Shown: positions 38,557-49,538, numbered from the stretch's first letter. The stretch: DNA of 64,000 nucleotides from Clostridiales bacterium GWF2_38_85 (GCA_001797275.1 MGOY01000006.1:4744-68743); one strand, 5' to 3'. The notes: generated by a model from the letters alone, not told the origin. A program made the numbers and translations.

Positions 38557-40203
38557 ATGGTTGACAAAGATACGGTTATCGGCAAGTATTTAGATAAGGA
38601 TTTTCTGGACTCGATTTACGGGTTCGCATACAAACGCTGCAATAATTCCTGCGAAGCGGAAGACTTGTGTTCTGAAATAGTTGTTGCGATATTACAGTCG
38701 GTGCGCAATTGCGACAGCATAGACAATTTTTACGCCTTCACTTGGACAATTACACACCGCAAATATGCGGACTATTGTGAAAAACGAAGGATATCATCAG
38801 AAAATATCATTCCAGTCGATTTAAATGACGGCATTATAAGCATTAAAACCGATCCTATCGGTGCATATATTGAAAACGAACAGGAAAAATCTCAGATAAA
38901 AAGGATCAAAAAAGAAATTTCTTTTCTGGCGAGAATGTATCGCGATGTTATGATTATGTACTATATCGATGGAATGAAAATTTCAAATATCGCAAAGAAG
39001 CTTCATACTTCTGAAACTGTTATCAAGCAACGTTTGTTTTCTGCAAGAAACATCATCAGAAAAGAGGTAGATAAAATGGATACAAAAAACATTAGTTTAA
39101 AACCTATTCGTATGATTTGGCACGGCGACGGTGATCCGGTAAAAAGTCATCCGTACGAAAAAGCTGAACGAACCTTTTCACAAAATGTATTATACATGTG
39201 CAAGGATACTCCCAGAACTGCAAAGGAGATTTCGGAGCTGCTTAATATTCCGATGCTGTTTGTCGAGGAAGAACTTGAGATACAATGCAACGGATCAAAC
39301 GGCTCTGACGGTCTTTTGAAAAAGCTTGATAATGGCAAATACATTTCTACATTTATAATGCTCGATTATAATGATTATGATGTAATTCATTCAGCTGTCA
39401 ACAGATATCTTGATAGGTTTGTAGACAAGATATCAAATTATATCGACGAAAAGAAAGATAAAATCCTATCATTCTCCTATCTGAACAAACATGAAGATCT
39501 CAGGTTTATACTCTGGTCGCTTGTCAACCGCATGTGCTGGTCGATGGGCTGGCAGTTGTCGGATAAAATTATTGCAGAATATTATTCGGATATAAAGCTT
39601 GCAAAGAAAGATTACTACCCTTTCGGCTTCAAATTAGAATCAGGTAAGTGCTATTCGGTTGACAGCTATGGTTGCGACGGGATTGATGCTGACAATGTTT
39701 GCGGATATTCACATATTCATATGTGCAACATTTATGGTAAACGCAAGGAGCCTCATTTCCACTGCGGCTTGAATATTTCACTCTCTGCGCCAATTCAAAT
39801 GACAATCAGAGCGATTGGTGGACTTGATATTGAATCTTTATCAGAAAATGAGAAAGAAATCGCGGCAAAAGCAATAGAAACTGGATATCTTAAAAAAGAA
39901 GGCGACAGACTATATCCGAAAATTCTTGTAATACCTTTTGAAAACTCAAGCGAGTTCTATAGCTTTGCATCTCATTTTAATCCTCAGGTTGCAGAGTTTG
40001 CAGACGAGTTCGCTGATGAATTTAATAAATACATTAAAAAATACCTGCCCTCACATTTATATGATCAAGTTGATAAGTTTATCAGCCATACAATGGTAGG
40101 CTTTGACAGTGATGTGATAGAGAAATGTATTGACAGAGGTATTCTGTATGCACCCGAAAACAGTGTCTGTGCTGAAGGAACCTTTATGGTTGTAAGAAAG
40201 TAA
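38557..40203 (+). CDS. sigma-70-family (ECF-like) sigma factor with an approximately 370-aa C-terminal extension
   Basis: Region-2-like EDLCSEIVVAIL...FYAFTWTITHRKYADY and region-4 HTH YRDVMIMYYIDGMKISNIAKKLHTSETVIKQRLFSARNIIRK, followed by a long soluble domain with no TM. Confidence 0.6.
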   Translation: MVDKDTVIGKYLDKDFLDSIYGFAYKRCNNSCEAEDLCSEIVVAILQSVRNCDSIDNFYAFTWTITHRKYADYCEKRRISSENIIPVDLNDGIISIKTDPIGAYIENEQEKSQIKRIKKEISFLARMYRDVMIMYYIDGMKISNIAKKLHTSETVIKQRLFSARNIIRKEVDKMDTKNISLKPIRMIWHGDGDPVKSHPYEKAERTFSQNVLYMCKDTPRTAKEISELLNIPMLFVEEELEIQCNGSNGSDGLLKKLDNGKYISTFIMLDYNDYDVIHSAVNRYLDRFVDKISNYIDEKKDKILSFSYLNKHEDLRFILWSLVNRMCWSMGWQLSDKIIAEYYSDIKLAKKDYYPFGFKLESGKCYSVDSYGCDGIDADNVCGYSHIHMCNIYGKRKEPHFHCGLNISLSAPIQMTIRAIGGLDIESLSENEKEIAAKAIETGYLKKEGDRLYPKILVIPFENSSEFYSFASHFNPQVAEFADEFADEFNKYIKKYLPSHLYDQVDKFISHTMVGFDSDVIEKCIDRGILYAPENSVCAEGTFMVVRK

Positions 40204-40442
40204 ATTTACTGCTACACTCTCTGCAAATTTTGCAGGGAGTGTTTCTTTGTTAATACTCCGTTAATGAAACTGTCGATTGAAAACTATTGTAATCAATTTG
40301 TATTTATGTTATTATAATATCCTGTTAAAAGGATTAATATGAGGATAGGGTTTTGTGCCTTTTTTTCGTATGCGATAGCAAAAGTTTTGCTTCGCAAAAC
40401 ACGCCACAATTCCCCACTACGAAGAAAGGAGTAGTTATTATT

Positions 40443-42392
40443 ATGAGTATTTTCAACAACAAAAAAATCAAGCAATTAGTTGCTTTTTTTATGCTCGCAG
40501 TCATGCTGGTGCCGTTTACGGCATGTGGTGACGGCGACAAAGATAACAGCACTGATTCAACAGGGGAGGCAAGTAATGTGACATCAGAAGCGGAAAGCGC
40601 AAAAGAACTGATTCCGAACGAAAAAGCTGCGGCTGTCTGGGACAGCACATGGGCAGATGAAATAAACGGATTCGCTAATGCATCAACTATATACGGTTTT
40701 GACTTCTACAAAAACCGTCAGCTAAGCAATGACGACGCAAAGGATCTTGCAGAGGATGATTATAAATATATCTTCTTCGGTGAAAACAACTCGCGTGTCG
40801 TTAACCTTACAGACGGTTATGCAATAACCCTACCGACAACAGAATTTACAACAGACTACTCACTCAGCGCACTTCGCAGCCGTTACTACGGTGACAACTT
40901 TGCACTGACAATAACAAAAGAAAATAAAAGTCCTTACGGAAACACTCCCGAAGGATGGAATATATACCTTACTGAATGGGTAATAAGATATATTGACAGT
41001 ATAGACTTCCTTGGCGCAAACAACCTTCGCCGTATACGCAAAAAGCAGGAACTTACAGACATGATTGAAGGCTATACGGTTATCATATATAACATGGAAT
41101 TCCAACTTCCGACCTCATATGAATATCAGAACTACGATATTGCAATTGTCCGCAAGGATGACGAATATGTTGAGTTCTACCTATTCGTTATGAAGTCTAC
41201 AGAAAGACAATACGAAAAACTCGACGAAATACTGAAGTCCTTCACAGAATTGGATGAGGTCGGTGTTGCAAAGAATGATGAAACTCCGTTCGAGTTGAAA
41301 ATACCCGAATACTGGAACGACGAAACAAAAGCATATTTTGATAAGCTTCAAAATCAGACAAATGTAAGCTGGGGTGCGTTCAGTGCATCAATGCCTGATG
41401 ATAAAGACGGCACATATAATATGAGACGCAATCAGATAATAGCCGATCAGGCAAGACTTGAAGCTACATTCGATTACAACTTTGATATTCTCCCAACTTA
41501 TACTGCGTTAAAATGGGGAGATACCTTATTTGACTTTCCAAGCGGACTTGCAAGTGAGCTTGCAGGTGGAAACGGCTTTAACGGAAAACCTGTTCTTCAA
41601 TTCACATATCAATTCACAACACTTAATAATACCAACCTTTATGGCTATAATCCCATGTTCGATATTGCCTGCGGCAAATATGATGAGCAGTTTAATAAAA
41701 TCGCTCAGCAAATAAAAGAATATGACAAACCGGTATTATTCCGTTTGAATAATGAGATGAACTCAGACTGGACCAGCTACGCCGGTATTCTGTCACTGCT
41801 CGATCCCGATGTTTTTGTTTTAACATGGCAGCGTCTTTATGATATCTTCCGCGAAGAGGGTGTTGACAATTGTATATGGATTTTCAACCCGATTGCGAAA
41901 AGCTGCCCGTTTAGTAGCTGGGGTGAATATCTCTGCTATATGCCTGGTGTTGATTATATGCAGCTCCTTGGACTAACAAGCTATGAAATGAACAATAATA
42001 CAAGTGTTGAATCTTTCAAGGATATGTATACCTATGTTTATGAGAAAAATACTCCCTATTTTGAAAACTACTCATGGATAATCAGCGAGTTTGGCTGTGG
42101 CTCCGGCGGTGAAGTATATTATGATTGGGGACAGGGTAAATATTTTGAGAAGCAGCTTGGGCGCAATGAAACACTGCAGGCAAACTGGGTCAAGGAAATG
42201 TTCAAATACTTTAACAACAATCAAACAAATGAAAATGCTTTCTGCAAGAACATTAAAGCTGCAATATGGTTCTCTGTCAACGATTATGTTGATCTTGACG
42301 GTGAAAGCCGTATTGTAAACTTTCTGAAGCTTGATTCTTCACTCACAAAGACACTTGAAGAATTCAGAAAAGGTTTAAACCCCGAAGAATAA
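40443..42392 (+). CDS. secreted lipoprotein glycoside hydrolase, GH26 (mannanase-family)-like
   Basis: Start MSIFNNKK with lipobox PFTACG and RBS aaggag; VLFRLNNEMNSDW (GH26-type acid/base region) and WIISEFG (nucleophile-like). Confidence 0.55.
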   Translation: MSIFNNKKIKQLVAFFMLAVMLVPFTACGDGDKDNSTDSTGEASNVTSEAESAKELIPNEKAAAVWDSTWADEINGFANASTIYGFDFYKNRQLSNDDAKDLAEDDYKYIFFGENNSRVVNLTDGYAITLPTTEFTTDYSLSALRSRYYGDNFALTITKENKSPYGNTPEGWNIYLTEWVIRYIDSIDFLGANNLRRIRKKQELTDMIEGYTVIIYNMEFQLPTSYEYQNYDIAIVRKDDEYVEFYLFVMKSTERQYEKLDEILKSFTELDEVGVAKNDETPFELKIPEYWNDETKAYFDKLQNQTNVSWGAFSASMPDDKDGTYNMRRNQIIADQARLEATFDYNFDILPTYTALKWGDTLFDFPSGLASELAGGNGFNGKPVLQFTYQFTTLNNTNLYGYNPMFDIACGKYDEQFNKIAQQIKEYDKPVLFRLNNEMNSDWTSYAGILSLLDPDVFVLTWQRLYDIFREEGVDNCIWIFNPIAKSCPFSSWGEYLCYMPGVDYMQLLGLTSYEMNNNTSVESFKDMYTYVYEKNTPYFENYSWIISEFGCGSGGEVYYDWGQGKYFEKQLGRNETLQANWVKEMFKYFNNNQTNENAFCKNIKAAIWFSVNDYVDLDGESRIVNFLKLDSSLTKTLEEFRKGLNPEE

Positions 42393-42400
42393 TAAACAAG

Positions 42401-42440
42401 ACCATTTATCTAATATGGATAAATGGTCTCTTGCTTTTAT
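42401..42440 (+). terminator. rho-independent terminator
   Basis: AGACCATTTATCtaatatGGATAAATGGTCTcttgctttta. Confidence 0.65.
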
Positions 42441-42466
42441 ATTAAGTTTAAAAATGAAAAATAGTA

Positions 42467-42757
42467 TTATAATTCGTAATCTACTGCTATGCTGCTTTCT
42501 GCTACTGCATGCATATGCTTCTTAACGACATCAACATGAAATGTGTCGTTCTGATATTCATCAAGCACTTCCCTGCTTTCAAGCGTAACCTGCAGAATTA
42601 AGTCATAGGAACGCTGCGAATGCAGAAAATCTATACCCACAGAAATATCCTTTACTGTCGGTACATTCCCTTGCATTGACATCAGAACATCCTTCGCTTT
42701 CTGACAATTCTCAATGCTGTTATCTTTAAGTTTAAAGCAAACTATATGTTTTATCAT
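42467..42757 (-). CDS. Dabb-family stress-responsive alpha/beta-barrel protein
   Basis: MIKHIVCFKLKD...VGIDF... about 97 aa, typical Dabb pattern. Confidence 0.6.
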   Translation of the reverse strand: MIKHIVCFKLKDNSIENCQKAKDVLMSMQGNVPTVKDISVGIDFLHSQRSYDLILQVTLESREVLDEYQNDTFHVDVVKKHMHAVAESSIAVDYEL

Positions 42758-42920
42758 AATAATTTCCATCCATCTATTATTCCCGATAATTAATAATATC
42801 ACGATTACAAAAAAATAGCAATGAAAAATATATACAGAGACGAAAATTATGTTATTATATTAATATCAGAATATTTTTAAATATAATTACACAAAAGCAT
42901 TATTTTTATAGTCATATATA

Positions 42921-43478
42921 ATGAGAGGGGAGTCATACATCTTGACAAATAAAGAAATAGAGACTTGTGTGCACAATATTTCTATTGGAGATCAAAAAAG
43001 TTTAGAAACTTTATATTATGGATTAAAAGAACCAATTTTTAAATTTGCATTATCAATATTATTTGATTATTATTATGCTGAGGATATACTTCAAGAAACT
43101 TTTTTAACAATAATTAAAAAAGCAAATCAATGCAGATATGAAAATACTAGATCCTGGATTTTTACTATAACAAGAAACTTATGTATGGATGTAATGAAAA
43201 TCAATAAAAATGTTAATGTTGAACCCGATGAAAATTTTGAAAATATTGCTGCAATAAATTCCGATAAATTAGTTACAGATAAACTTATTGTATCCGAAGT
43301 CTTGAATCAATTATCTACTGTTGAAAGACAAATAATAACCCTTTACATATTTGGTGAAATGAAACAGACTGAAATTGCCGAGTGTTTAGATATGCCATAT
43401 CAAAAAATCAGGTCTTTATATAGAAAATCAGTAAAGACAATTAAACAATATTATGAGATACAAAAAATAAATAACTGA
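42921..43478 (+). CDS. ECF-type sigma-70 family sigma factor (true start may be the TTG at about 42942)
   Basis: Region 2 ILQETFLTIIKKANQ...SWIFTITRNLCMD; region 4 ERQIITLYIFGEMKQTEIAECLDMPYQKIRSLYRK. Confidence 0.75.
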   Translation: MRGESYILTNKEIETCVHNISIGDQKSLETLYYGLKEPIFKFALSILFDYYYAEDILQETFLTIIKKANQCRYENTRSWIFTITRNLCMDVMKINKNVNVEPDENFENIAAINSDKLVTDKLIVSEVLNQLSTVERQIITLYIFGEMKQTEIAECLDMPYQKIRSLYRKSVKTIKQYYEIQKINN

Positions 43479-43491
43479 AAGGAAAATCATT

Positions 43492-44604
43492 ATGAGAAAA
43501 AAACAACTGTTTGATTTTTTTAAACAAGAATTTAATGTACCGGTTCCTGATAATTGGGTAAATCTACAAAATATTAAACTTGATAAAAGGAGCAATAGTC
43601 TAAAGTATAAAGCTCCTTCATGGCGTCCAATATCAATTTTTGCGGCATGTTTTTTAATATGTGTAGTATTAATTGTTCCCATTGCTATGAATTTTAATAA
43701 TATTAACCCTCCGATCTCAACCGAAAGTGAAACATTAAGCAGTGATGATACATCAACAACTGATATATCATACAACAATAACACATCAAAAAATAGTGAT
43801 GAATCTATAGTTGATAATACCTCAAGTACAACTACAAGCGAAAATAATGTTTCTATACCTGAACTACCAATCGGAGTAACAGAAATAGACGGTAAATATT
43901 ATCTCAATCTTGAAGGAGGTAATGATATTGATACTTCACAACCATATGGTGATATCGACCAAGCAAATTTAGAATATAATAATTTTGAGACATTTAAAGC
44001 AAAAATGAAATCACTCGATTTCACAGAAGATGAACTACAAATAATACGCAAGAACTTTAAAAAAGATGAATATGGTATTATATTTTGCAATACTGAAAAA
44101 TTTTATGAGCCTATATGGGTACCCGAAGATTATTCTTTACATGGAATCGGATATTTTGGTGGAGAAGGATATACATTTTTATATACTGGAATACAAGAAC
44201 AAACACTATTGATTGAATATACTAATATTGAACGATTTTATAACTCAAAAGATAATATTTTGAAAAACAAAGGAGATTATGAAAGCTTAAAAAATAGTGG
44301 ATTATATAAAAATATACAAGACTCAATAGAAATAGTCGATGGAATTGAGCAACATATATTATCCTATACTTCATTAACCGGTTACGAACGCTTAAAAAAG
44401 AGATGGGATTTCACATTCGATAACATCTCTTATACCATATTTGAAAGTTATTCGCAAGAACAAAATAGTAATGATTTTAACCTTGAATATCCAGAATATT
44501 ATTATATTTTTGCCAATAATGGCAGTAAGTCATTTATTATTAATGGCACAAACATGGGAATAAAGATAACAAAAGAATATGTTTTAAAATTTGGATTGAA
44601 ATAA
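43492..44604 (+). CDS. putative anti-sigma factor (single-pass membrane protein)
   Basis: Follows the ECF sigma gene 13 nt downstream; cytoplasmic N-terminus, TM ISIFAACFLICVVLIVPIAM, then an extracytoplasmic S/T/N-rich domain. Confidence 0.5.
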   Translation: MRKKQLFDFFKQEFNVPVPDNWVNLQNIKLDKRSNSLKYKAPSWRPISIFAACFLICVVLIVPIAMNFNNINPPISTESETLSSDDTSTTDISYNNNTSKNSDESIVDNTSSTTTSENNVSIPELPIGVTEIDGKYYLNLEGGNDIDTSQPYGDIDQANLEYNNFETFKAKMKSLDFTEDELQIIRKNFKKDEYGIIFCNTEKFYEPIWVPEDYSLHGIGYFGGEGYTFLYTGIQEQTLLIEYTNIERFYNSKDNILKNKGDYESLKNSGLYKNIQDSIEIVDGIEQHILSYTSLTGYERLKKRWDFTFDNISYTIFESYSQEQNSNDFNLEYPEYYYIFANNGSKSFIINGTNMGIKITKEYVLKFGLK

Positions 44605-44728
44605 TTTTTAGTAAATATCCACATCATGTTTTATATACTTGTTGTGGATATTTTTTATTATTTTCTATTTATTTGTTGACAATTATATATTTAAAGTATA
44701 TAATTGTTAAAAAGTGAGGTGTATAATA

Positions 44729-46885
44729 ATGTTAAAGAAGTTTTTTCCAATAGTAATTACAATTTTAATTATGTTTTCATGCTTTAATGTATCAGCAATT
44801 AATTATGTCACAGAAAATAATACTATTATTCCTGATGCTATATCATTATATTGTGATAATATCAACACTCATACCAAACGTCTTACTAACGAAGAGACTG
44901 ACTTGAATACCATTGTTTTTCAAAATAGTGATAACACAAATTCAATGTACATTTTTGAACAACCAGTTAAGTATGTTGATGAAAATGGTATAATACAAGA
45001 CAAAAGTACAGAATTAATTGATATTACCAATAAAAACAATGGATATAGATACTCTAATTATAAGAATGATGTGAAGTTATTATTCCCTGATATAATAGAT
45101 AAATCAAAAGGTATAGTATTAGAGTATAATAATATAAAATTAGAATTAATGCCGGTTAGTGATTTACATGGAAATGCAAAAATAAACAGTGTTGACAGAA
45201 AAGATAATAAAAATAATGCTGTGAATTATTCAGATGTATTTTGTGATAATATCTCTTTAAGATATACTGCTACATTTAATGGTGTTAAGGAAGACATAAT
45301 TCTAAATGAATATACTGGTCAAAATATTTTTAATTTTATTATACATACTAATGGTTTAGCTTTATCAGATAAAACAAGCAATATAACAATAAATGATCCA
45401 GTTACAAATGATATTAAAGCTAACTTAGGCGAAATTTTAGTAATTGATAGTAATGGTAAGAATATAATGGGAGAATTATCTTACAAGACTGTCAAAGAAA
45501 ATCAAGAATATTTATTGACAATTATAGTTGACGACAACTATTTAACAGATTCTAACACTACATTTCCTGTATATATTGATCCAAATTTATCTATACCGAC
45601 AGCAGGTGGAATCAGTGCACCTAAAACTATTGTTGATACACCGTTATATTCAAATTGGCCAACATTAGCAGCCGGTGGTAGTTATTATAATAATGTTGGT
45701 AATATGAATAATTCAAATTATGGTTATAGTCGTTCTATAACAAAATTTCCCGCATTGATGAGTAATGTAAGTTTTTTGATGATGCCTTCTGAAATTATAA
45801 ACAGTGTTACATATCAGACACGTGCTATAGTAAAAGGTTCCAATGCTTATGTATATGCATGTTCATACACTGGAAATGCGTGGGATGAAAACACGGTAAC
45901 CAGTGCAAATGGTATGGGATATAGTACAACATGGTCATATGCATATGTCGACGACACTACATCATATAATAATTTTAATATTACATCATGGGCTATTGGA
46001 TGTAAAGCAGGTACTCAAGACCCAGTAAAGGGTATACTTTTAAGAGTAAATCCCACATATGAATCAAATCCGGATTATCTTTTTAGATTTGCATCAACTG
46101 AATACGGTAGTTCCCTTCCTTGGGTTGTTATAAATTATGACAGAACATATACATATAGTTTAGTTAGTAAATATTCCGACAGGTTTGAAGCAGCGTATTC
46201 AAGCGCTAATTCCGGAATATCGGCAGCTCATTCATTTGCTAATACTGTATTTGATGAATATGGAGTAACACTTGTTAATGATAGCATATCTAATCAAGCT
46301 ATGGCCATTGATAATTGCCCGTATGGATATTATAGTAGTTGTACATCAACCTGTGGGACAAATTGTTACGCAAATCATCATCGAAATATATATCGATTAT
46401 CCGATGAAATATATAACGGCACAAGAGAAACAAATCATATTTATACAAGTTGGTATTATATGGGGAGAACTACATTGTGTTCTGGTACCGGTGCAACTCA
46501 TGTATCATATGAAGCTATGGCAAATGTTATCCAAGCTAATGATTCTGCATCAAGAAATATAGTTGATCCCGGAGAGGATTATATTGACTGCCGACCAGTT
46601 ATAGCAGTATATACGCCATCAACTCTTTCAAATGTTGCTTATGATTCAATGAAATTGATACTTGCACATGAATTAGCTCATGTTTTTGGGTTATATGATC
46701 AATACGATGATGATGGCCATGATAATGGAACAACATGGACATGTATAATGAATAACTTTAGTAGTTATTATACAAATAGAGTTGATTTTATTCAAGATAT
46801 TAAAGATGGAAGTGCTCCATTTTGTGCAAGTTGCGATAGTTTATTAGAGAAATACATTATCACGAGATACTTCCTAGCGAATTAA
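44729..46885 (+). CDS. secreted zinc metalloprotease-like protein (HExxHxxGxxD, snapalysin/metzincin-like motif)
   Basis: Signal peptide MLKKFFPIVITILIMFSCFNVSA; C-terminal LILAHELAHVFGLYDQYDDDGHD. Confidence 0.55.
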   Translation: MLKKFFPIVITILIMFSCFNVSAINYVTENNTIIPDAISLYCDNINTHTKRLTNEETDLNTIVFQNSDNTNSMYIFEQPVKYVDENGIIQDKSTELIDITNKNNGYRYSNYKNDVKLLFPDIIDKSKGIVLEYNNIKLELMPVSDLHGNAKINSVDRKDNKNNAVNYSDVFCDNISLRYTATFNGVKEDIILNEYTGQNIFNFIIHTNGLALSDKTSNITINDPVTNDIKANLGEILVIDSNGKNIMGELSYKTVKENQEYLLTIIVDDNYLTDSNTTFPVYIDPNLSIPTAGGISAPKTIVDTPLYSNWPTLAAGGSYYNNVGNMNNSNYGYSRSITKFPALMSNVSFLMMPSEIINSVTYQTRAIVKGSNAYVYACSYTGNAWDENTVTSANGMGYSTTWSYAYVDDTTSYNNFNITSWAIGCKAGTQDPVKGILLRVNPTYESNPDYLFRFASTEYGSSLPWVVINYDRTYTYSLVSKYSDRFEAAYSSANSGISAAHSFANTVFDEYGVTLVNDSISNQAMAIDNCPYGYYSSCTSTCGTNCYANHHRNIYRLSDEIYNGTRETNHIYTSWYYMGRTTLCSGTGATHVSYEAMANVIQANDSASRNIVDPGEDYIDCRPVIAVYTPSTLSNVAYDSMKLILAHELAHVFGLYDQYDDDGHDNGTTWTCIMNNFSSYYTNRVDFIQDIKDGSAPFCASCDSLLEKYIITRYFLAN

Positions 46886-46969
46886 TTACTTAGTAAATAT
46901 GAAATGGCATTTGAAAATATCGATATACGATAAATAACCACCCTTGAACTTCTCAAGGGTGGTTATCAT

Positions 46970-48634
46970 TTAGAACATTGTTTTATCGATGATTTCTTCG
47001 GTCAGGATGTTTTTTGAGAAAAGATATGTGTTATCATATATTGCTCTGACAAGCGGGTCTTCTGACAAGTATGCGTTGTAGAAGACACCGGGTGCGCCGT
47101 CCTGATAATACATCTTGATGCCATCCTTCATATATCCGGTTTTTACACCTCCACGAAGGTATGCGATATATCTTGCGCGCCACTCAGCTTGAGTAATCGA
47201 ACGGTAATCTATCTCCATCTCAACGCACATTCCAAGCATTTTTGCAAGGTCTGCACATTCATATACACGGCTTTCGCTTGCTGTTTTATTGAACATATAA
47301 TTAGGCTGCAAGCAAGCCGAATCAAATCCAAACTGTACCCATTGGTTGAAGCCCTGCGCTTGATAATACGGAATCCAGATGCTCTTATATCCTAATTCGC
47401 GGATATAATCGGTTGTATATCTGAGCAGCTCCATTTCCTCGTCATCATCACCATCGATGCTTTCCTCATACCAATAGAAGCCCCAAAGCTTCATGTTTTT
47501 GAAGTTGCTTTCGTTGAATCTACGCAGTTGCTCATCAATCAACCACTTGACAGCTTTTTTTCGATGCTCGAGTATTCCGAAGTCAAGGCTGACACCGCTG
47601 CCGTCAATGTCGCCAAAATCATGTTGACCTGTCATCGGGCGAAGTATCGAGAGGAATACATTGACCTTGTAATCGTTAATACTAAGTCCGGTCTTTACCT
47701 GTTCAACGGCTTCCTCAAGTGCCGAAATATTCGAGTCTGGATAGTATTGATCATCAATATAATACTGCCAGTCTGAGAAAATGAGGTTACCGGCTTGCAT
47801 TGATTGTCCTGATGGTGCTTTGCTTGTGCAGGGCAGGAACAGAAAGCTGTCGAAATATGTGTCTTTCAAAGCTTTATTCTTGTCATAATAACCGACAAAT
47901 GGCAATAAATCCTCAACCGAATGTCTGCCACGGCGCACCTCAGGATATGAGCAAGTGTAGGTCAAAATAATATTGCTGATACCGCCAAGCTCCTCCGGAG
48001 CTGCAAATTTATTCGGTATTGCTTTTTTCTCAACCGTTGTCGGGACAATATCAACAGCATCAGCTGATATAAATTTCGTACCAAATACCGATATTTCATC
48101 TATGTAAGCATGCGGACCGATTGGATAATATATTCTGACAAAGCGTGCTTTACGTGGTTTATCAAAAACAACATTAACCTCGACACGACTGTCTTTTTCT
48201 GGTATATATTTTGTTATTGATTTATCAAGTAATTCCCATTCGATGCCGTTCTCCGATGCTTCAAAGCGTACACTCTTAGGTGGTTTAATCCACAAACTCG
48301 GTGAATATAGAAATCCTATTGAATAACCGACGATAGTTGATGTATGCATAAGATCATAATAAATTGTTCTTGCAAGACCGCCAAAAGCGTGATGCCATGC
48401 AGGGTCAAGATAGTCCAGTGTACCTGTCTTTCCATCAGTCAATCGGGTGAAGGTGCAGGGAGTGTTGAAATACTCCGTCTGCAATGAGTCGGGAATTGGA
48501 AACTCAGATTCGATGCGTTGTGGCATGCCGAAAACAAGATTCTGGTTCTTATTGTAATCAATGCTATCCGCTAACCAGTATGTAGGATTTACAACTGTCG
48601 GCAGCGGAGAACACATATAATAGCTGGGGTTCAT
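46970..48634 (-). CDS. DUF4855-like protein with an F5/8-type-C (discoidin)-like region; probable glycoside-hydrolase-related
   Basis: Likely start MNPSYYMC after RBS aaaaggag; ...FVRIYYPIGPHAYIDEISVFG...; C-terminal region ...SIWIPYYQAQGFNQWVQFGFD... Confidence 0.4.
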   Translation of the reverse strand: MNPSYYMCSPLPTVVNPTYWLADSIDYNKNQNLVFGMPQRIESEFPIPDSLQTEYFNTPCTFTRLTDGKTGTLDYLDPAWHHAFGGLARTIYYDLMHTSTIVGYSIGFLYSPSLWIKPPKSVRFEASENGIEWELLDKSITKYIPEKDSRVEVNVVFDKPRKARFVRIYYPIGPHAYIDEISVFGTKFISADAVDIVPTTVEKKAIPNKFAAPEELGGISNIILTYTCSYPEVRRGRHSVEDLLPFVGYYDKNKALKDTYFDSFLFLPCTSKAPSGQSMQAGNLIFSDWQYYIDDQYYPDSNISALEEAVEQVKTGLSINDYKVNVFLSILRPMTGQHDFGDIDGSGVSLDFGILEHRKKAVKWLIDEQLRRFNESNFKNMKLWGFYWYEESIDGDDDEEMELLRYTTDYIRELGYKSIWIPYYQAQGFNQWVQFGFDSACLQPNYMFNKTASESRVYECADLAKMLGMCVEMEIDYRSITQAEWRARYIAYLRGGVKTGYMKDGIKMYYQDGAPGVFYNAYLSEDPLVRAIYDNTYLFSKNILTEEIIDKTMF

Positions 48635-48836
48635 ATCAATTCTCCTTTTTTCAATAGGTATCGAATATCGATAACCTTCATGAATTCCTAACAATTATAT
48701 AGTTAACAATTGTATTTGTCAATGAAAAACAGATATTTTTTTATGTAATTATTAATAATACATATTATGCAAAAGAAAAACGCTCACAGAAGGACCGGTT
48801 ATAAAAAGTCAAGGGGTAAAAAAAGAAAAAATAAAA

Positions 48837-49538
48837 TTATGATAAATGCTTTCTTGTGTATGGGCAAACCGCAACACAAATACCACAAGTACCACTTGTC
48901 CTACCATACTCTTTGCCCCTTGATAGAGTGACTTTTCTGCACGCTGAAAAATCAATTAAATCATCCCGGTCAACAGCGACATCCCATATTCGGTTCTTTA
49001 TAACATTGCCAGGGCATGCATCAATGCAAAGGGTGCATTCGCCACATTTGCATTGATAATCCGTTTTTACTACATCCAAAGGCATGTCTGTTAAAACAGA
49101 GGTTAAACGCAATGCACTGCCATATTGAGGTGTAATCAGCAAAGAACTCTTAGAAATCCAACCAATCCCAGAGATTGCCGCAACCGTTTTATGCGGCAAT
49201 AAAGCCCGCCCCGGGATGTATTCGGTTCCATTTGTAGAACGTTGTACCTGCACAAAGCTTATAGTCTGGGGTAAAGCATGATAATTATTATCTTGAATAA
49301 ACTCACTTACCAACACGCAAATCTGATCAAGCTTTGTATTTATGCTTTCATATTCATTACTGTATTCAAGAATGGCTGTTCCAGACGGTATCTTTTCAAC
49401 AACGGAAGAGTTTAATGCAATTCCAATAGAAATTCCATATGGCAAGCTTGAACGGTAATCAGAAGGTATTGCTGAAAGATCGGCGTATCCAACAATATCG
49501 GCACCTAAACTCAATATGTATTCTTTTAAAATGTCCAC
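48837..49538 (-). CDS. 4Fe-4S protein, QueG-N-domain-like (paralogue 3)
   Basis: N-terminus MDILKEYILSLGADIVGYADLSAIP (same family as 13924/15074 ORFs); CKCGECTLCIDACPGN and CGICVAVCPYT ferredoxin motifs. Confidence 0.55.
   Translation of the reverse strand: MDILKEYILSLGADIVGYADLSAIPSDYRSSLPYGISIGIALNSSVVEKIPSGTAILEYSNEYESINTKLDQICVLVSEFIQDNNYHALPQTISFVQVQRSTNGTEYIPGRALLPHKTVAAISGIGWISKSSLLITPQYGSALRLTSVLTDMPLDVVKTDYQCKCGECTLCIDACPGNVIKNRIWDVAVDRDDLIDFSACRKVTLSRGKEYGRTSGTCGICVAVCPYTRKHLS

Noticed and set aside
46938-46966. Hairpin ACCACCCTTGAActtcTCAAGGGTGG between the metalloprotease and DUF4855-like genes, considered as another copy of a repeat family
   Set aside because: It is a single occurrence at convergent gene ends and is most simply a bidirectional terminator. 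It is unrelated to the 107-bp element.
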